A DNA stretch of 64,000 nt from an uncultured Clostridia bacterium (GCA_947089095.1 CAMUJB010000007.1:43787-107786); one strand, 5' to 3'; positions 1 through 9,336 are shown, counted from the first letter of the stretch. Numbers and translations are program-made. Notes: generated by a model from the letters alone, not told the origin.

Positions 1-899
1 CAAAGATACAGCCCCATACCAGTAGAATTAGAAACCCTCCTCCCATTCTGCCCGGTAAATCCTTTTTCAAAAATACGACATAAATCCCCTTTCGATATGC
101 CTAGCCCATTATCCTCTGCATACAAAACGATCTGCCCCTTTTTCTCTGCTGCAAAAAAATGCAGCACCGGCTGCTCGGTACGATACTTTACCGCATTACT
201 AATAATCTGATTCAAAATAAACTGCACCCACTTACTATCGGTATAAACACAATATTCCATCTCATCCACCAGAACCGTCATATTGCTTTGCCGAAGAAGA
301 TATTTATTCTCCCCAATCGCCTCATGTACCATATCCCCAAGCCTAACTTCCCGAATCAAATAATCTTTTTCTGTATGTTCACTGCGGGCATAATAGAGGG
401 CCTGCTCTGTAAACCGATTTACATTTTCCAACTCCGCCAGCAAATCCCTGGTAAACTCAAACCGATTATTTTCACATATCAGCTTTATTGCGGTAATCGG
501 CGTTTTTACCTCATGAATCCACTGTTCAATATATTCTTTATACTCCTTTCGCTCCCTCTGCACCTCACCAATCTTTTCAAGCATCGACTTTTCCGCCAGT
601 TTCATAACCTGATAAAATACCTGTTCCCCTGCTCTCTTTGGCACAGCAATCACCTCCGGTATTAAATACCGCTCCTCTAACTGCTCCGCCGTCTCTAACA
701 ACTGACGAAAATATCTTTTTCTTATACCATAAAGAACACAGACATAAAAAATAAAAACCACTGTCCAAACAACTACAATAAACAAAACAACCGAAACAAC
801 ATTCCCATTAGCCATTAAAAACAAAGCCAGCACCAGCATACCCAAAAGATTGATAAAAATAACCGGCAGCAGATTCTTCCAATACTGTCCTCCATTCAT
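1..899 (-). CDS. Sensor histidine kinase, BceS-like intramembrane-sensing type (partial; C-terminal end runs off window start)
   Basis: Manual minus-strand translation from ATG at 899 (ATGA overlap with RR stop). It gives 2 N-terminal TM helices, H-box IHEVKTPITAI, N-box LNQIISNAVKY, G1 EDNGLGI and G2 GMGLYL with no stops to position 1. It is absent from the ORF track because it has no in-window stop. The plus-strand ORF 159..665 is its antisense artefact. Confidence 0.75.
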   Translation of the reverse strand, partial: MNGGQYWKNLLPVIFINLLGMLVLALFLMANGNVVSVVLFIVVVWTVVFIFYVCVLYGIRKRYFRQLLETAEQLEERYLIPEVIAVPKRAGEQVFYQVMKLAEKSMLEKIGEVQRERKEYKEYIEQWIHEVKTPITAIKLICENNRFEFTRDLLAELENVNRFTEQALYYARSEHTEKDYLIREVRLGDMVHEAIGENKYLLRQSNMTVLVDEMEYCVYTDSKWVQFILNQIISNAVKYRTEQPVLHFFAAEKKGQIVLYAEDNGLGISKGDLCRIFEKGFTGQNGRRVSNSTGMGLYL

Positions 900-1549
900 A
901 ACAAATACCCCTGCCTATGCTTCGTCTTAATAAAATCCTTCAAACCGATTGCTGCCAGTTTCTCACGAATCCGAGTCATATTCACACTAAGAGCATTATC
1001 ATCTATATAGAGTCGATTATCCCAAAGAAAATCCACTATATCATTACGAGAACAAATCTTCCCCGCATTTTTAAAAAGATAAAAAAGAATCTTTAACTCA
1101 TTTTTCGTTAATTCCGCTTTTTGTCCCCGATACTCTATCCGACTGCTTTCTAAATACAAAACAGCCCCATTCCATCTAAAAACCTCCGCCTGCTTAAAAG
1201 CATACACCCGCCGCAGCAAAGCAGCAATCTTCGCAAGCAAAATAGCGGTATTATAAGGCTTTGTAATAAATGCATCTCCCCCCAGCATAATACTATTTAA
1301 CTCATCCATATCCGTATTGCTGCTCGTTACAAATACAATCGGCATATCCGAAAAAACCCGAATCTGCGAGCACAATTCAAACCCACTCTTCTCCGGCAGT
1401 TTGATATCCAAAAGAACCAAATGCGGTGCAAAAACCTTTAATTCCTCTATCGTCTTAGAAAAATCCGCAACCGCAGCCACTTCATATCCATTTCCGGCCA
1501 ATAAATTTTTTAACTGTGCCTGTATCCCCTGATCATCTTCTATTATCAT
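896..1549 (-). CDS. OmpR-family response regulator (receiver + winged-helix)
   Basis: MIIEDDQGIQ...LLDIKLPEKSGFELCSQIR receiver domain, with C-terminal ELTKNELKILFYL...RQGYLL wHTH. Start moved to the internal Met (MIIEDD) of ORF 896..1642. Confidence 0.85.
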   Translation of the reverse strand: MIIEDDQGIQAQLKNLLAGNGYEVAAVADFSKTIEELKVFAPHLVLLDIKLPEKSGFELCSQIRVFSDMPIVFVTSSNTDMDELNSIMLGGDAFITKPYNTAILLAKIAALLRRVYAFKQAEVFRWNGAVLYLESSRIEYRGQKAELTKNELKILFYLFKNAGKICSRNDIVDFLWDNRLYIDDNALSVNMTRIREKLAAIGLKDFIKTKHRQGYLL

Positions 1550-1753
1550 AATCCTATATCGATTCCATTCCATTCCTATTTCTCCCATCAGCAAACTTCC
1601 CTCTCTACACCTTTCAACATAATACCCATTATCAAAACCCAATTTTCTATCCTCTACTATCTCTGCAAACGCAAATTTATAAATGCAAACAAAACTATTC
1701 TTATCCTACTATACCACTTTTTCATCCCAAATAACACTTTTTTCTACACTTTT

Positions 1754-1914
1754 AGTCAAATCGGATATTCGCAATCCGCTTCGCTACTTGCTCATAACCT
1801 CATAGCTGCTACCGCAACTTTTCAGTGGGAGTCTGCACTCCCACTGAAACAAGGAAGTCCCCCGCTTCTAAGCCGCCAAGGCGAAAGCGGGGGACTTCCT
1901 TAATGAGGTTAAAA
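1754..1914 (+). repeat. Fam-B hairpin repeat, long form (gtcaaatcggatattcgcaatccgct...ggacttccttgatgaggttaaaa) with extra internal palindrome ttcagtgggagtctgcactcccactgaa
   Basis: Near-identical copies at 8710, 11412, 40200 and 63841. Long inverted repeat aacctcat(c)aaggaagtccc / gggacttccttgatgaggtt. Confidence 0.75.
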
Positions 1915-2094
1915 TAAAAACAAAAAACACATAACAAACACGGAACACTGGAATAAATAAATAAAATAAAAGAAAAGAAAAAAAATCATAAACCAACCAA
2001 TAAAAAAATATATCCAGCAAACACCCAAAATCAATCTAATTTCATAACAAAAAACAACAAAAGGTAAAAACAAAACATAAATTGTGCCATAATA

Positions 2095-2338
2095 CAGCCA
2101 GAGTGCATTAGGGGTACACGGTGACTTCGTAGGAAAGTTAGAGGCTCTTAGACTTCTGTCGATCCATTAGGATTTTTTGCCATTCTCGAATGGCAAAAAA
2201 AGGGGTGTGTTTAGCCCGCTGTACGGGCGAATTGCACCCCGATCCGTCCGGTTAGATACACCCAACACCAGAAGTCTTAGAGCCTCTAACTTTCCTACGA
2301 AGTCACCGTGTACCCCTAATGCACTCTGGCGTCCCCTC
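2095..2338 (+). repeat. Fam-A palindromic structured element, copy 1 (core variant A; arms perfectly complementary)
   Basis: Termini cagccagag...ctctggcgtcc. ~60-bp inverted arms (gtgacttcgtaggaaagttagaggctcttagacttctg / rc). Conserved core ggatttt-P1-aaaaa-ggggtgtgtttagcc-cgctgtacgggc-gaattgc-acccc-gatccgtccgg. Nine copies in the window. Confidence 0.85.
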
Positions 2339-2358
2339 CGAAATCCTCTTTCCCCCTC

Positions 2359-3852
2359 TTAAATCCTCCCATACCGCTTTGCAATACCCAAAATCTCTTC
2401 CTGCAATTCCTTTGACAAATCCTCTTCCGTCAAACGCCACCTCCAGTTCGTCCCCACTGTAGAAGGCGTATTAATCCGACATGTATTATCATACCCAAGA
2501 TAATCCTGCATTGGAATAATACAAGTCTTTGCATTACTTCGCATCACCAAAGCAATAAACGCCTTATACAACAACTCCTTCGGCGTATAAAGATCACAAA
2601 GATACTCCCTTGCCATCTGCTGCTCTGCCTTTGAAATCGACTCAAACCACCCGCAGATTGTCTCATTATCATGAGTCCCTGTATAAGCCACACTATTTTC
2701 CATATAATTATGAGGCAGATAGTCATTTGCCGATCCAGAATCTCTAGAATCAAAAGCAAACTCCAACACCTTCATTCCCGGAAATCCACTGTCTGCAACC
2801 AACTGCCGCACCGAATCCGTGACATACCCCAAATCCTCTGCAATTACCTCATGCCATCCAAGCCGCTGTTCTACACAGCGAAACAGCTCAATCCCAGGGC
2901 CTTTCTCCCAATGCCCAATCTTCGCCGATTCCGCACCATAAGGAATCGAATAATACTCATCAAATCCCCGAAAATGATCAATCCGCACAACATCATACAG
3001 CCGAAAACAATAAGCCAGTCTTGAAACCCACCATTCATATCCAGTCTGCTTATGATACTCCCAGCGATACAAAGGATTCCCCCAAAGCTGCCCGTCTGCC
3101 GAAAACCCATCCGGCGGACATCCTGCTACCGCACAAGGTACATTCTGCTCATCTAACTGGAACAATTCTGGATGTGCCCAAGTATCCGCACTGTCCATTG
3201 CCACATAGATAGGAATATCCCCAATCAAGGCAATCCCCTTCTGATTGGCATACGCCTTTAACTGCCTCCACTGTTCAAAAAACTTAAACTGCATATACTG
3301 CTGAAACTCTATCTCAAAATATAACTCCCTGCGATAATAATCCATCGCAAGTCCCCAACGCAGCCGAATATCCTCTGCCCACTGCGTCCATGCTACGCCC
3401 TCAAACCGATCCTTAACCGCCATAAACAACGCATAGTCCGAAAGCCACCACTTATTTTCCTCTACAAACCACAGATAATCCGCATTTTCACTGACCTTAC
3501 TGCGTTCATACGCCTTTCGAAGCAAAGGATACCGATTTTGATAGAGCTTCTCATAATCAATATCTTCTAACCGACTTCCAAAATCCGCCTCTTCACACTC
3601 CTCCTCTGTCAAAACCCCTTCCTCTATCAGTGCCTCCAAACTAATAAAATAAGGATTTCCTGCAAACGTAGAAAATGACTGATAAGGAGAATCTCCATAA
3701 CTGGTAGGTCCAAGCGGCAAAATCTGCCAATAGGTCTGTCCGGCTTCTTTCAGCCAGTCTACAAAATCATATGCACTCTTTGAAAAACAGCCAATCCCAT
3801 AACGGGAAGGCAAACTGGTAATGGGAAGTAAAATACCTGCTGAACGTTTCAT
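2359..3852 (-). CDS. malQ: 4-alpha-glucanotransferase (amylomaltase, GH77)
   Basis: N-terminus MKRSAGILLPITSLPSRYGIG..GQTYWQILPLGPTSYGDSPYQSFS is the canonical MalQ signature. 497 aa. Confidence 0.9.
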   Translation of the reverse strand: MKRSAGILLPITSLPSRYGIGCFSKSAYDFVDWLKEAGQTYWQILPLGPTSYGDSPYQSFSTFAGNPYFISLEALIEEGVLTEEECEEADFGSRLEDIDYEKLYQNRYPLLRKAYERSKVSENADYLWFVEENKWWLSDYALFMAVKDRFEGVAWTQWAEDIRLRWGLAMDYYRRELYFEIEFQQYMQFKFFEQWRQLKAYANQKGIALIGDIPIYVAMDSADTWAHPELFQLDEQNVPCAVAGCPPDGFSADGQLWGNPLYRWEYHKQTGYEWWVSRLAYCFRLYDVVRIDHFRGFDEYYSIPYGAESAKIGHWEKGPGIELFRCVEQRLGWHEVIAEDLGYVTDSVRQLVADSGFPGMKVLEFAFDSRDSGSANDYLPHNYMENSVAYTGTHDNETICGWFESISKAEQQMAREYLCDLYTPKELLYKAFIALVMRSNAKTCIIPMQDYLGYDNTCRINTPSTVGTNWRWRLTEEDLSKELQEEILGIAKRYGRI

Positions 3853-4734
3853 CTATCTTTCTCCTTTCATCTTTTGCATGATTTCTTCCTCTGTCTCTAT
3901 CAAAACTCCAAAATGATCCGATACCTTTGGTGCTCTTTCTCCATTAAACAGTACCTTAGAATACGAGATCGGCATCTCTTTATTACACCAAATCACATCC
4001 ATTCTCATTCCCTCCGGTCTGTCCTGCTCCTGAGAAAATTCTCTCCATCCATCAATACAGCCCTCTACTGTAATCCCGCTGTCCTTTTGCTCTGCCAGAT
4101 TATAAGTATCCAGCCATCCGTCCCCACTGATACAATCATAACCCTGTCCACGAAATTCCGCCGGACTGTTAAAGTCCCCCATCAGCCAGATCACAGATTC
4201 CTCCCCTTTCTGCTGCAGCCGAGTATTCAGCCGTTTCCACTGTGCCAAAAAAGGTTCTTCTTCATCTTCCCACCAGCCCATATGAACCGTATAGAACCAG
4301 TGATCACTCTTCTCTGTCCGCACGCCTAATACCCGGCGTGTTTTCCAATTTTTATAGTCCTGACAACCACTGATAAAAAAAGATTCCATCTCGGTTAGTT
4401 TTTGATTGATAGCCAATACGGCGATTCCCTCATCATAGATATCATATCCTATCTTTGCCGAGATCCAAGTCCAAGAACAGGGAATTCCCGCCTGATGCAG
4501 CCGAAATGCTGCCTGTGCAGCATGGTTATCCTGACGAATCGGCACGGCATCCGGGCAGGGAACCCAGCCCTGCAGCAGCTTTGCATCTGCAAAAGGTGCT
4601 GACAGAGACTGATTCACTTCCTGCAAAGCAATCAAATCGGGTTTTTCTTTCTGAATAACAGAAAGAAAGAAATCGAGCTTCTGCAGATAATTCTCTTCTT
4701 GAAGACTGTGTGTATTTAAAGTCAACAGCTTCAT
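3853..4734 (-). CDS. mapP: Endonuclease/exonuclease/phosphatase-family protein, probable maltose-6'-phosphate phosphatase
   Basis: EEP fold (LIALQEVNQ, GDFNS motifs). It sits between a Glc/Mal-family PTS permease and malQ, as mapP does in Enterococcus. Confidence 0.6.
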   Translation of the reverse strand: MKLLTLNTHSLQEENYLQKLDFFLSVIQKEKPDLIALQEVNQSLSAPFADAKLLQGWVPCPDAVPIRQDNHAAQAAFRLHQAGIPCSWTWISAKIGYDIYDEGIAVLAINQKLTEMESFFISGCQDYKNWKTRRVLGVRTEKSDHWFYTVHMGWWEDEEEPFLAQWKRLNTRLQQKGEESVIWLMGDFNSPAEFRGQGYDCISGDGWLDTYNLAEQKDSGITVEGCIDGWREFSQEQDRPEGMRMDVIWCNKEMPISYSKVLFNGERAPKVSDHFGVLIETEEEIMQKMKGER

Positions 4735-4789
4735 CTGTTCTATTCCCTCCTATTTTCTTAAACGAGATCACCCATTCTCGTTCTATTTT

Positions 4790-7060
4790 TTAAAGAATAT
4801 CGTTGATATCGGATTTTAATACATCTGCTTTCGGTCCATAGATTGCCTGAATTCCATTGTCCTTTTTCACCAACCCCAGTGCTCCTTCTGCTTTCCATGC
4901 AGCAGTATCTGCAACCTGTTCTGGATTCTTTACCGTTACTCTTAAACGTGTCATACAAGCATCCACTAAAATAATATTTTCCCGACCGCCTAATAACGCA
5001 ATAATCCGCTCTGGCTGGCTGTTTTGTCCGCCCTTTTTCGCAGAATCAGAAGCCGCTGCCTCTCCGCCTGATTCCTCATTTTCATCTGTATAATTTCCCA
5101 GACGTCCCGGCGTAGCAAATTGAAACTTTTCAATCATAAAGTAAGCAATCACATATCCAATCGCAAAGAAAGCAACGCAGCAGATAATAAAATGAATGAT
5201 ATCCCCGCCTAATCCTGCTTTTAATGACATCGGAACACGAGTTAAAAATTCTAAGTTTCCAAAAGAATGAAGCCGCAGATCGAAAATACCTGCCATTGCA
5301 AACGCACACCCCTGCAGTACAGCATAGACAATATAAAGCGGCAGTGCACAGAACATAAACATAAATTCCAAAGGCTCCGTTACACCGGTTAAAAATACTG
5401 CTAACACGGTTGAAACAAACATAGAACGATAATTCTTTTTCTTATCTTCATCCACCCGCCGATACATAGCAAGTGCCACTCCTAAAAGCAGACCAGTTGA
5501 ACCAATCATCTGTCCCACCTTAAAACGAGCCGGTGTTACCGTATTCAATAAATTTTCATAAGCAGCAATATTTCCTGCATCCTTAAAATTAATTAAATCC
5601 GTTACCCATGCCAGCCAAAGCGGATCTTGTCCAAATACTTCCGATCCCGCATTGATTCCGGTCTGAATTAGATAAGTTCCTCCGAAAGAAGTATAATTCA
5701 TCGGAATGGTCAGCATATGATGCAGACCAAAAGGCAGCAGAAGTCTCTCTAACGTTCCGTAGATAAACGGTGCCAAAACCGGAGAGGAGGAAGAAGAATT
5801 AGCAATCCATACACCAAACGAATTAATTCCTGTCTGTACAATCGGCCATATCACTGCCAAAACAAGAGAAATTCCTGTAGAATAAGCAATAACAGCTAAA
5901 GGTACAAACCGTTTCCCATTAAAAAATGATAACGCATCCGGCAATTTACGGAAATTATAAAACTTATTATAGACAACACCGCCTACAAATCCGGCAATAA
6001 TTCCTACAAATACTCCCATATTTAAAGCCGGTGCCCCCAGTACAGAAGTAAAATAATTTTCTACCAGCATTTCCTGTCCAAAAAGAGAAGTAACCACTGC
6101 TCCAGACTCATTTAACATTCCGCTGGTCACACCAAAAGCAGCTCCTGTAATACAGTTAATCAAAATAAATGAAATAATCGCTGCAAATGCACCTCCCGCA
6201 CGTTCTTTTGCCCAAGAACCGCCGATTGCAGCCGCAAATAAAATATGCAGATTGTTAATAATCGCCCATCCGATATTCTCCATTGTACTGCCGATTGTGA
6301 AAATAAAAGGAATCTCTGCCCCACCCATCTGAATCAGTTTTCCAAGGCTAAGCATCAGTCCTGCTGCTGGCATTACCGCAATAACCGTCATCAGCACTTT
6401 TCCCAATTTCTGCAGAAAATCAAAATTAATTCCCGCCTTCTTCTCCGAACCCCCCGAAGAAGCTGTCTTAGAAGCAGAAGTCTCCTGTTTCTTTTCAGAT
6501 ACCGTTTGCCCTGCACTCTTTGTTTCTGCCGAAACAACATCCCTACCTGTTTCCTTTTCTTCTACAGTCGCTGCCGTTTCCTCCGTTACCAGCAATACCG
6601 CATCCTTTCCTGCCCGTACCTTACCGGAACACACATCCATCTGCTTTCCGTCCATTCCGTCACACAAAAGCACCGGAGTAATTAAATTCAAATTTTTCCC
6701 CTTGATCAATTCTAAATCCGCTTCTGCTACCAAATCTCCTACTTTTACCAAATCCCCCTCTTTCTTATAGAGAGTAAATCCCTCTCCATTTAATCCAACC
6801 GTTTCCAGTCCGACATGTACCAGGACATCTAACCCGTCCTCCGATTGAAACCCATATGCATGATTTGTTGCAGCAATTGATGCAACAGTTCCGTTGACAG
6901 GACTATAAATCTTTCCGTCCTCCGGCAAAATGGCAGCTCCATCTCCCAATGCTTTCTCCGAAAACACTGGATCGGGCACTTCTTCCAATGCAACAATCGT
7001 TCCAGATAGTGGTGCAATAATTGAAATTTTGCCCTTTTCTTTTGTTGTGTTACTCATCAT
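4790..7060 (-). CDS. PTS glucose/maltose-family permease with domain order EIIA-EIIC-EIIB
   Basis: N-terminal EIIA-Glc (GDGAAILPEDGKIYSPVNGTV..HAYGF..GLDVLVHVGLETVGLNGEGF). Central multi-TM EIIC. C-terminal EIIB (IILVDACMTRLRVTV). Low-complexity linkers between domains. Confidence 0.85.
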   Translation of the reverse strand: MMSNTTKEKGKISIIAPLSGTIVALEEVPDPVFSEKALGDGAAILPEDGKIYSPVNGTVASIAATNHAYGFQSEDGLDVLVHVGLETVGLNGEGFTLYKKEGDLVKVGDLVAEADLELIKGKNLNLITPVLLCDGMDGKQMDVCSGKVRAGKDAVLLVTEETAATVEEKETGRDVVSAETKSAGQTVSEKKQETSASKTASSGGSEKKAGINFDFLQKLGKVLMTVIAVMPAAGLMLSLGKLIQMGGAEIPFIFTIGSTMENIGWAIINNLHILFAAAIGGSWAKERAGGAFAAIISFILINCITGAAFGVTSGMLNESGAVVTSLFGQEMLVENYFTSVLGAPALNMGVFVGIIAGFVGGVVYNKFYNFRKLPDALSFFNGKRFVPLAVIAYSTGISLVLAVIWPIVQTGINSFGVWIANSSSSSPVLAPFIYGTLERLLLPFGLHHMLTIPMNYTSFGGTYLIQTGINAGSEVFGQDPLWLAWVTDLINFKDAGNIAAYENLLNTVTPARFKVGQMIGSTGLLLGVALAMYRRVDEDKKKNYRSMFVSTVLAVFLTGVTEPLEFMFMFCALPLYIVYAVLQGCAFAMAGIFDLRLHSFGNLEFLTRVPMSLKAGLGGDIIHFIICCVAFFAIGYVIAYFMIEKFQFATPGRLGNYTDENEESGGEAAASDSAKKGGQNSQPERIIALLGGRENIILVDACMTRLRVTVKNPEQVADTAAWKAEGALGLVKKDNGIQAIYGPKADVLKSDINDIL

Positions 7061-7104
7061 AAACCCTCCATTCCTTAATTTTGATATATAATAATAAAAA
7101 AATT

Positions 7105-7170
7105 AATACATTGCATTGTGTTGCATAAATATTTGCACTAAAGTTTCATAAACTTTATGCAACATAACTG
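7105..7170. promoter_or_regulatory. Candidate LacI-type operator/promoter region in the malR / PTS divergent intergenic region
   Basis: AT-rich divergent region containing TGCA-palindromic half sites (tgcataaatatttgca, tttatgcaacataa). Assignment by eye only. Confidence 0.25.
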
Positions 7171-7386
7171 TACCGCATTTACTACAAAATTACAATAAAA
7201 ATTTCTAACTTTTTAGTATTTTCTATATATTGCATAATTATCCCCCTACTATTTTATGAAAAATGACGAAAAGGAAACTCGTCTTACGATTGACTTTTTT
7301 CCATTTTCTTTTTATAATCTATAAATAAATCAAAAAACAATCAAGCTTACAATAAATCAGAAAATATCAAAAAAGGAGCATCTATT

Positions 7387-8424
7387 ATGGCTGTTACAAT
7401 CCGAGATGTTGCTGCATTAGCAGGCGTATCTCCCTCCACTGTATCCAGAACCTGCAAAGATCACTCTTCGATCAGCAGAGAAACAAAAGAAAAAGTCCGA
7501 TTTGCGATGGCACAATTAGGATACGAACCTAATATTTCCGCCAATTCACAAACCGGACAATCTCCCCAGACAATCAGTATTATTCTTCCTCCTTCCTCCA
7601 GAGAAGTCTATGAAAATTCTTTCTACTTAGAGGCAATCCGAGGAATCAGCCAATTCTGCAACGGAAGAGAATATATCAGTACCATTGTAACGGGACAAGA
7701 CGAAGAAGAAATCCTGCGTGCCATTCAAACACTAGGAAAAGATGAGCAAATGGGGGGCTATATTATCCTCTATTCCAAACAAGACGATGCCATTATTGAC
7801 TACCTCTATAATGAGGGTCTGCTCTATGTCTTAATTGGCAAAGCAAAGCAGTTTGTCAACCAAACCATCTATATCGATAATGACAACCTTCTAGCAGGAA
7901 AAGAAGCCACCGAATATCTATACAGCTTAGGTCACAGACGAATTGCCTATGTCGGAAGCGAATATAATATGCTCTTTTCTGCAGAACGCAAAGCCGGTTA
8001 TCAATTAGCACTCTCGGAGCATCAAATACCGATTTTCCCCGATTACTGCATCGAAGTAGAACAGCTTTCTCTGGATCAGAATCCACTCTTCCATGCCCTG
8101 CTGAAACGAGAAGATCGCCCTACTGCCGTTGTCGCAAGTGATGATATTTTAGCTGTTGCACTAAAGCGGATCTGTGTACAGTGCGGTTTGTCTGTCCCAG
8201 AGGATCTCTCTATCGTTTCCTTTAATAATTCCCTGTTTGCACGGATTACATCCCCTCAATTAACTTCTATTGATATTAATTCACACCAACTGGGAATTGA
8301 AGCAGCTTCACAGCTTATTAATCATATTGAAAACCCTAATTTACTGGCAACAAAGATTATTGTTCCACATTCTCTTATTATAAGAGGTAGCTGCCGCCAA
8401 ATAGAAGTAGAAGAAACCCTTTAA
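7387..8424 (+). CDS. LacI-family transcriptional regulator (MalR-like), divergent from PTS-mapP-malQ
   Basis: N-terminal HTH VTIRDVAALAGVSPSTVSR, periplasmic-binding-protein-like sugar-binding domain. RBS aaaggag 8 nt upstream. Confidence 0.85.
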   Translation: MAVTIRDVAALAGVSPSTVSRTCKDHSSISRETKEKVRFAMAQLGYEPNISANSQTGQSPQTISIILPPSSREVYENSFYLEAIRGISQFCNGREYISTIVTGQDEEEILRAIQTLGKDEQMGGYIILYSKQDDAIIDYLYNEGLLYVLIGKAKQFVNQTIYIDNDNLLAGKEATEYLYSLGHRRIAYVGSEYNMLFSAERKAGYQLALSEHQIPIFPDYCIEVEQLSLDQNPLFHALLKREDRPTAVVASDDILAVALKRICVQCGLSVPEDLSIVSFNNSLFARITSPQLTSIDINSHQLGIEAASQLINHIENPNLLATKIIVPHSLIIRGSCRQIEVEETL

Positions 8425-8470
8425 AATAGGACTGAACCGGACACCGGACACCGAACGCCGGACGCATGAA

Positions 8471-8598
8471 GCAGAGAGGGTTTCTTTGCTGGGGCCGTTT
8501 GCACTAAGGCTTCCTCGCAGCGGACACATAAGGCACGAAAAAACCGTGCCTAAGTGCCGGCGGGAAGCAATACCCCTGCAAAGAAACCCTCTCTGCTC
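8471..8598 (+). repeat. Fam-C hairpin repeat, copy a
   Basis: Core tggggccgtttgcactaaggcttcctcgcagcggacacataaggcacgaaaaaaccgtgcctaagtgccggcgggaagcaatacccctgca. Complementary outer arms gcagagagggtttctttgc / gcaaagaaaccctctctgc. Copies at 9337(-), 63161(+) and 63946(-). Confidence 0.75.
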
Positions 8599-8709
8599 CA
8601 TACTGTATATTCCTAAATTCAAGTGTTCAAATTCGTCCTTCTGCATTTTCCCTATTGGGAATACAAAATAAATTTCTATGCTTTCAGAATTGTAGTAAAA
8701 TGAAAGAAG

Positions 8710-8829
8710 GTCAAATCGGATATTCGCAATCCGCTTCGCTGCTTGCTCATAACCTCATCAAGGAAGTCCCAACCCACCGCTTTCGCCTTGGCGGCTTAGA
8801 AACGGGGGACTTCCTTGATGAGGTTAAAT
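8710..8829 (+). repeat. Fam-B hairpin repeat, standard form
   Basis: ggtcaaatcggatattcgcaatccgcttcgctgcttgctcataacctcatcaaggaagtccc...gggggacttccttgatgaggttaaat. Confidence 0.75.
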
Positions 8830-8857
8830 AATAAAACAAAAACGGAGAAAAGAAAAT

Positions 8858-9310
8858 ATGGAAAAGTACACATATATCACTTTAAGGCAAAAGCCACAGA
8901 TAAAAGATACAGCAGCCGAATGGTTCCACTGTAAATGGGGCGTTCCCAAAGAAGCTTATCTGGAATGTATGAACGCTTATCTTAACAACGAAACGGAATA
9001 TGGCTGGTATCTTTGCTTAGATGAGAAAAAAATAATAGGAGGTCTTGGTGTAATTGAAAATGACTTCCACAATAGAAAAGATCTTGTTCCTAATGTCTGT
9101 GCAGTCTATACAGAAAAAGACTACCGATGTAGGGGGATAGCCGGACACTTGCTTAATATGGTGGTAGAGGATTTGAAATCCAAGTCCATAACGCCTATCT
9201 ATTTACTTACTGATCATACCAGCTTCTATGAGAAATATGGCTGGGAATTCTTATATATGGTTCAAGGAGATGGAGAACCCCATATGTCAAGAATGTATAT
9301 TCACAAATAA
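8858..9310 (+). CDS. GNAT-family N-acetyltransferase (150 aa)
   Basis: Acetyl-CoA binding motif region RCRGIAGHLLNMVVEDLK. RBS aacggagaaaag upstream. Flanked by inverted Fam-C repeats. Confidence 0.8.
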   Translation: MEKYTYITLRQKPQIKDTAAEWFHCKWGVPKEAYLECMNAYLNNETEYGWYLCLDEKKIIGGLGVIENDFHNRKDLVPNVCAVYTEKDYRCRGIAGHLLNMVVEDLKSKSITPIYLLTDHTSFYEKYGWEFLYMVQGDGEPHMSRMYIHK

Positions 9311-9336
9311 TTTCTAGCTTTCCGGTCGGAATACAC

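Noticed and set aside
159-665. 168-aa plus-strand ORF at window start
   Set aside because: It has low-complexity composition and is antisense to a clean histidine-kinase reading frame (H-box, N, G1, G2 motifs) on the minus strand.
2095-2338. Fam-A as ribozyme (hammerhead/twister) or tRNA-derived SINE
   Set aside because: There is no CUGAUGA...GAAA hammerhead core, no twister-like conserved nucleotides, and no tRNA T-loop or D-loop signatures in the core. It is left as an unclassified structured element.
2177-2362. Recurrent small ORFs inside Fam-A elements (MPFSNGKKRGVFSPLYGRIAPRSVRLD..., ...SSKTSEFRCIQPDGPARNSPLQEAKHVPFSGTSARKSYRIDRSLR...; also 22196..22564, 33193..33444, 33661..34080, 38453..38659, 48844..49053, 53237..53596)
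   Set aside because: Their conservation tracks nucleotide conservation of the repeat in both orientations. There is no RBS or consistent start, and the ORFs traverse hairpin stems. They are artefacts of translating a repeated element.
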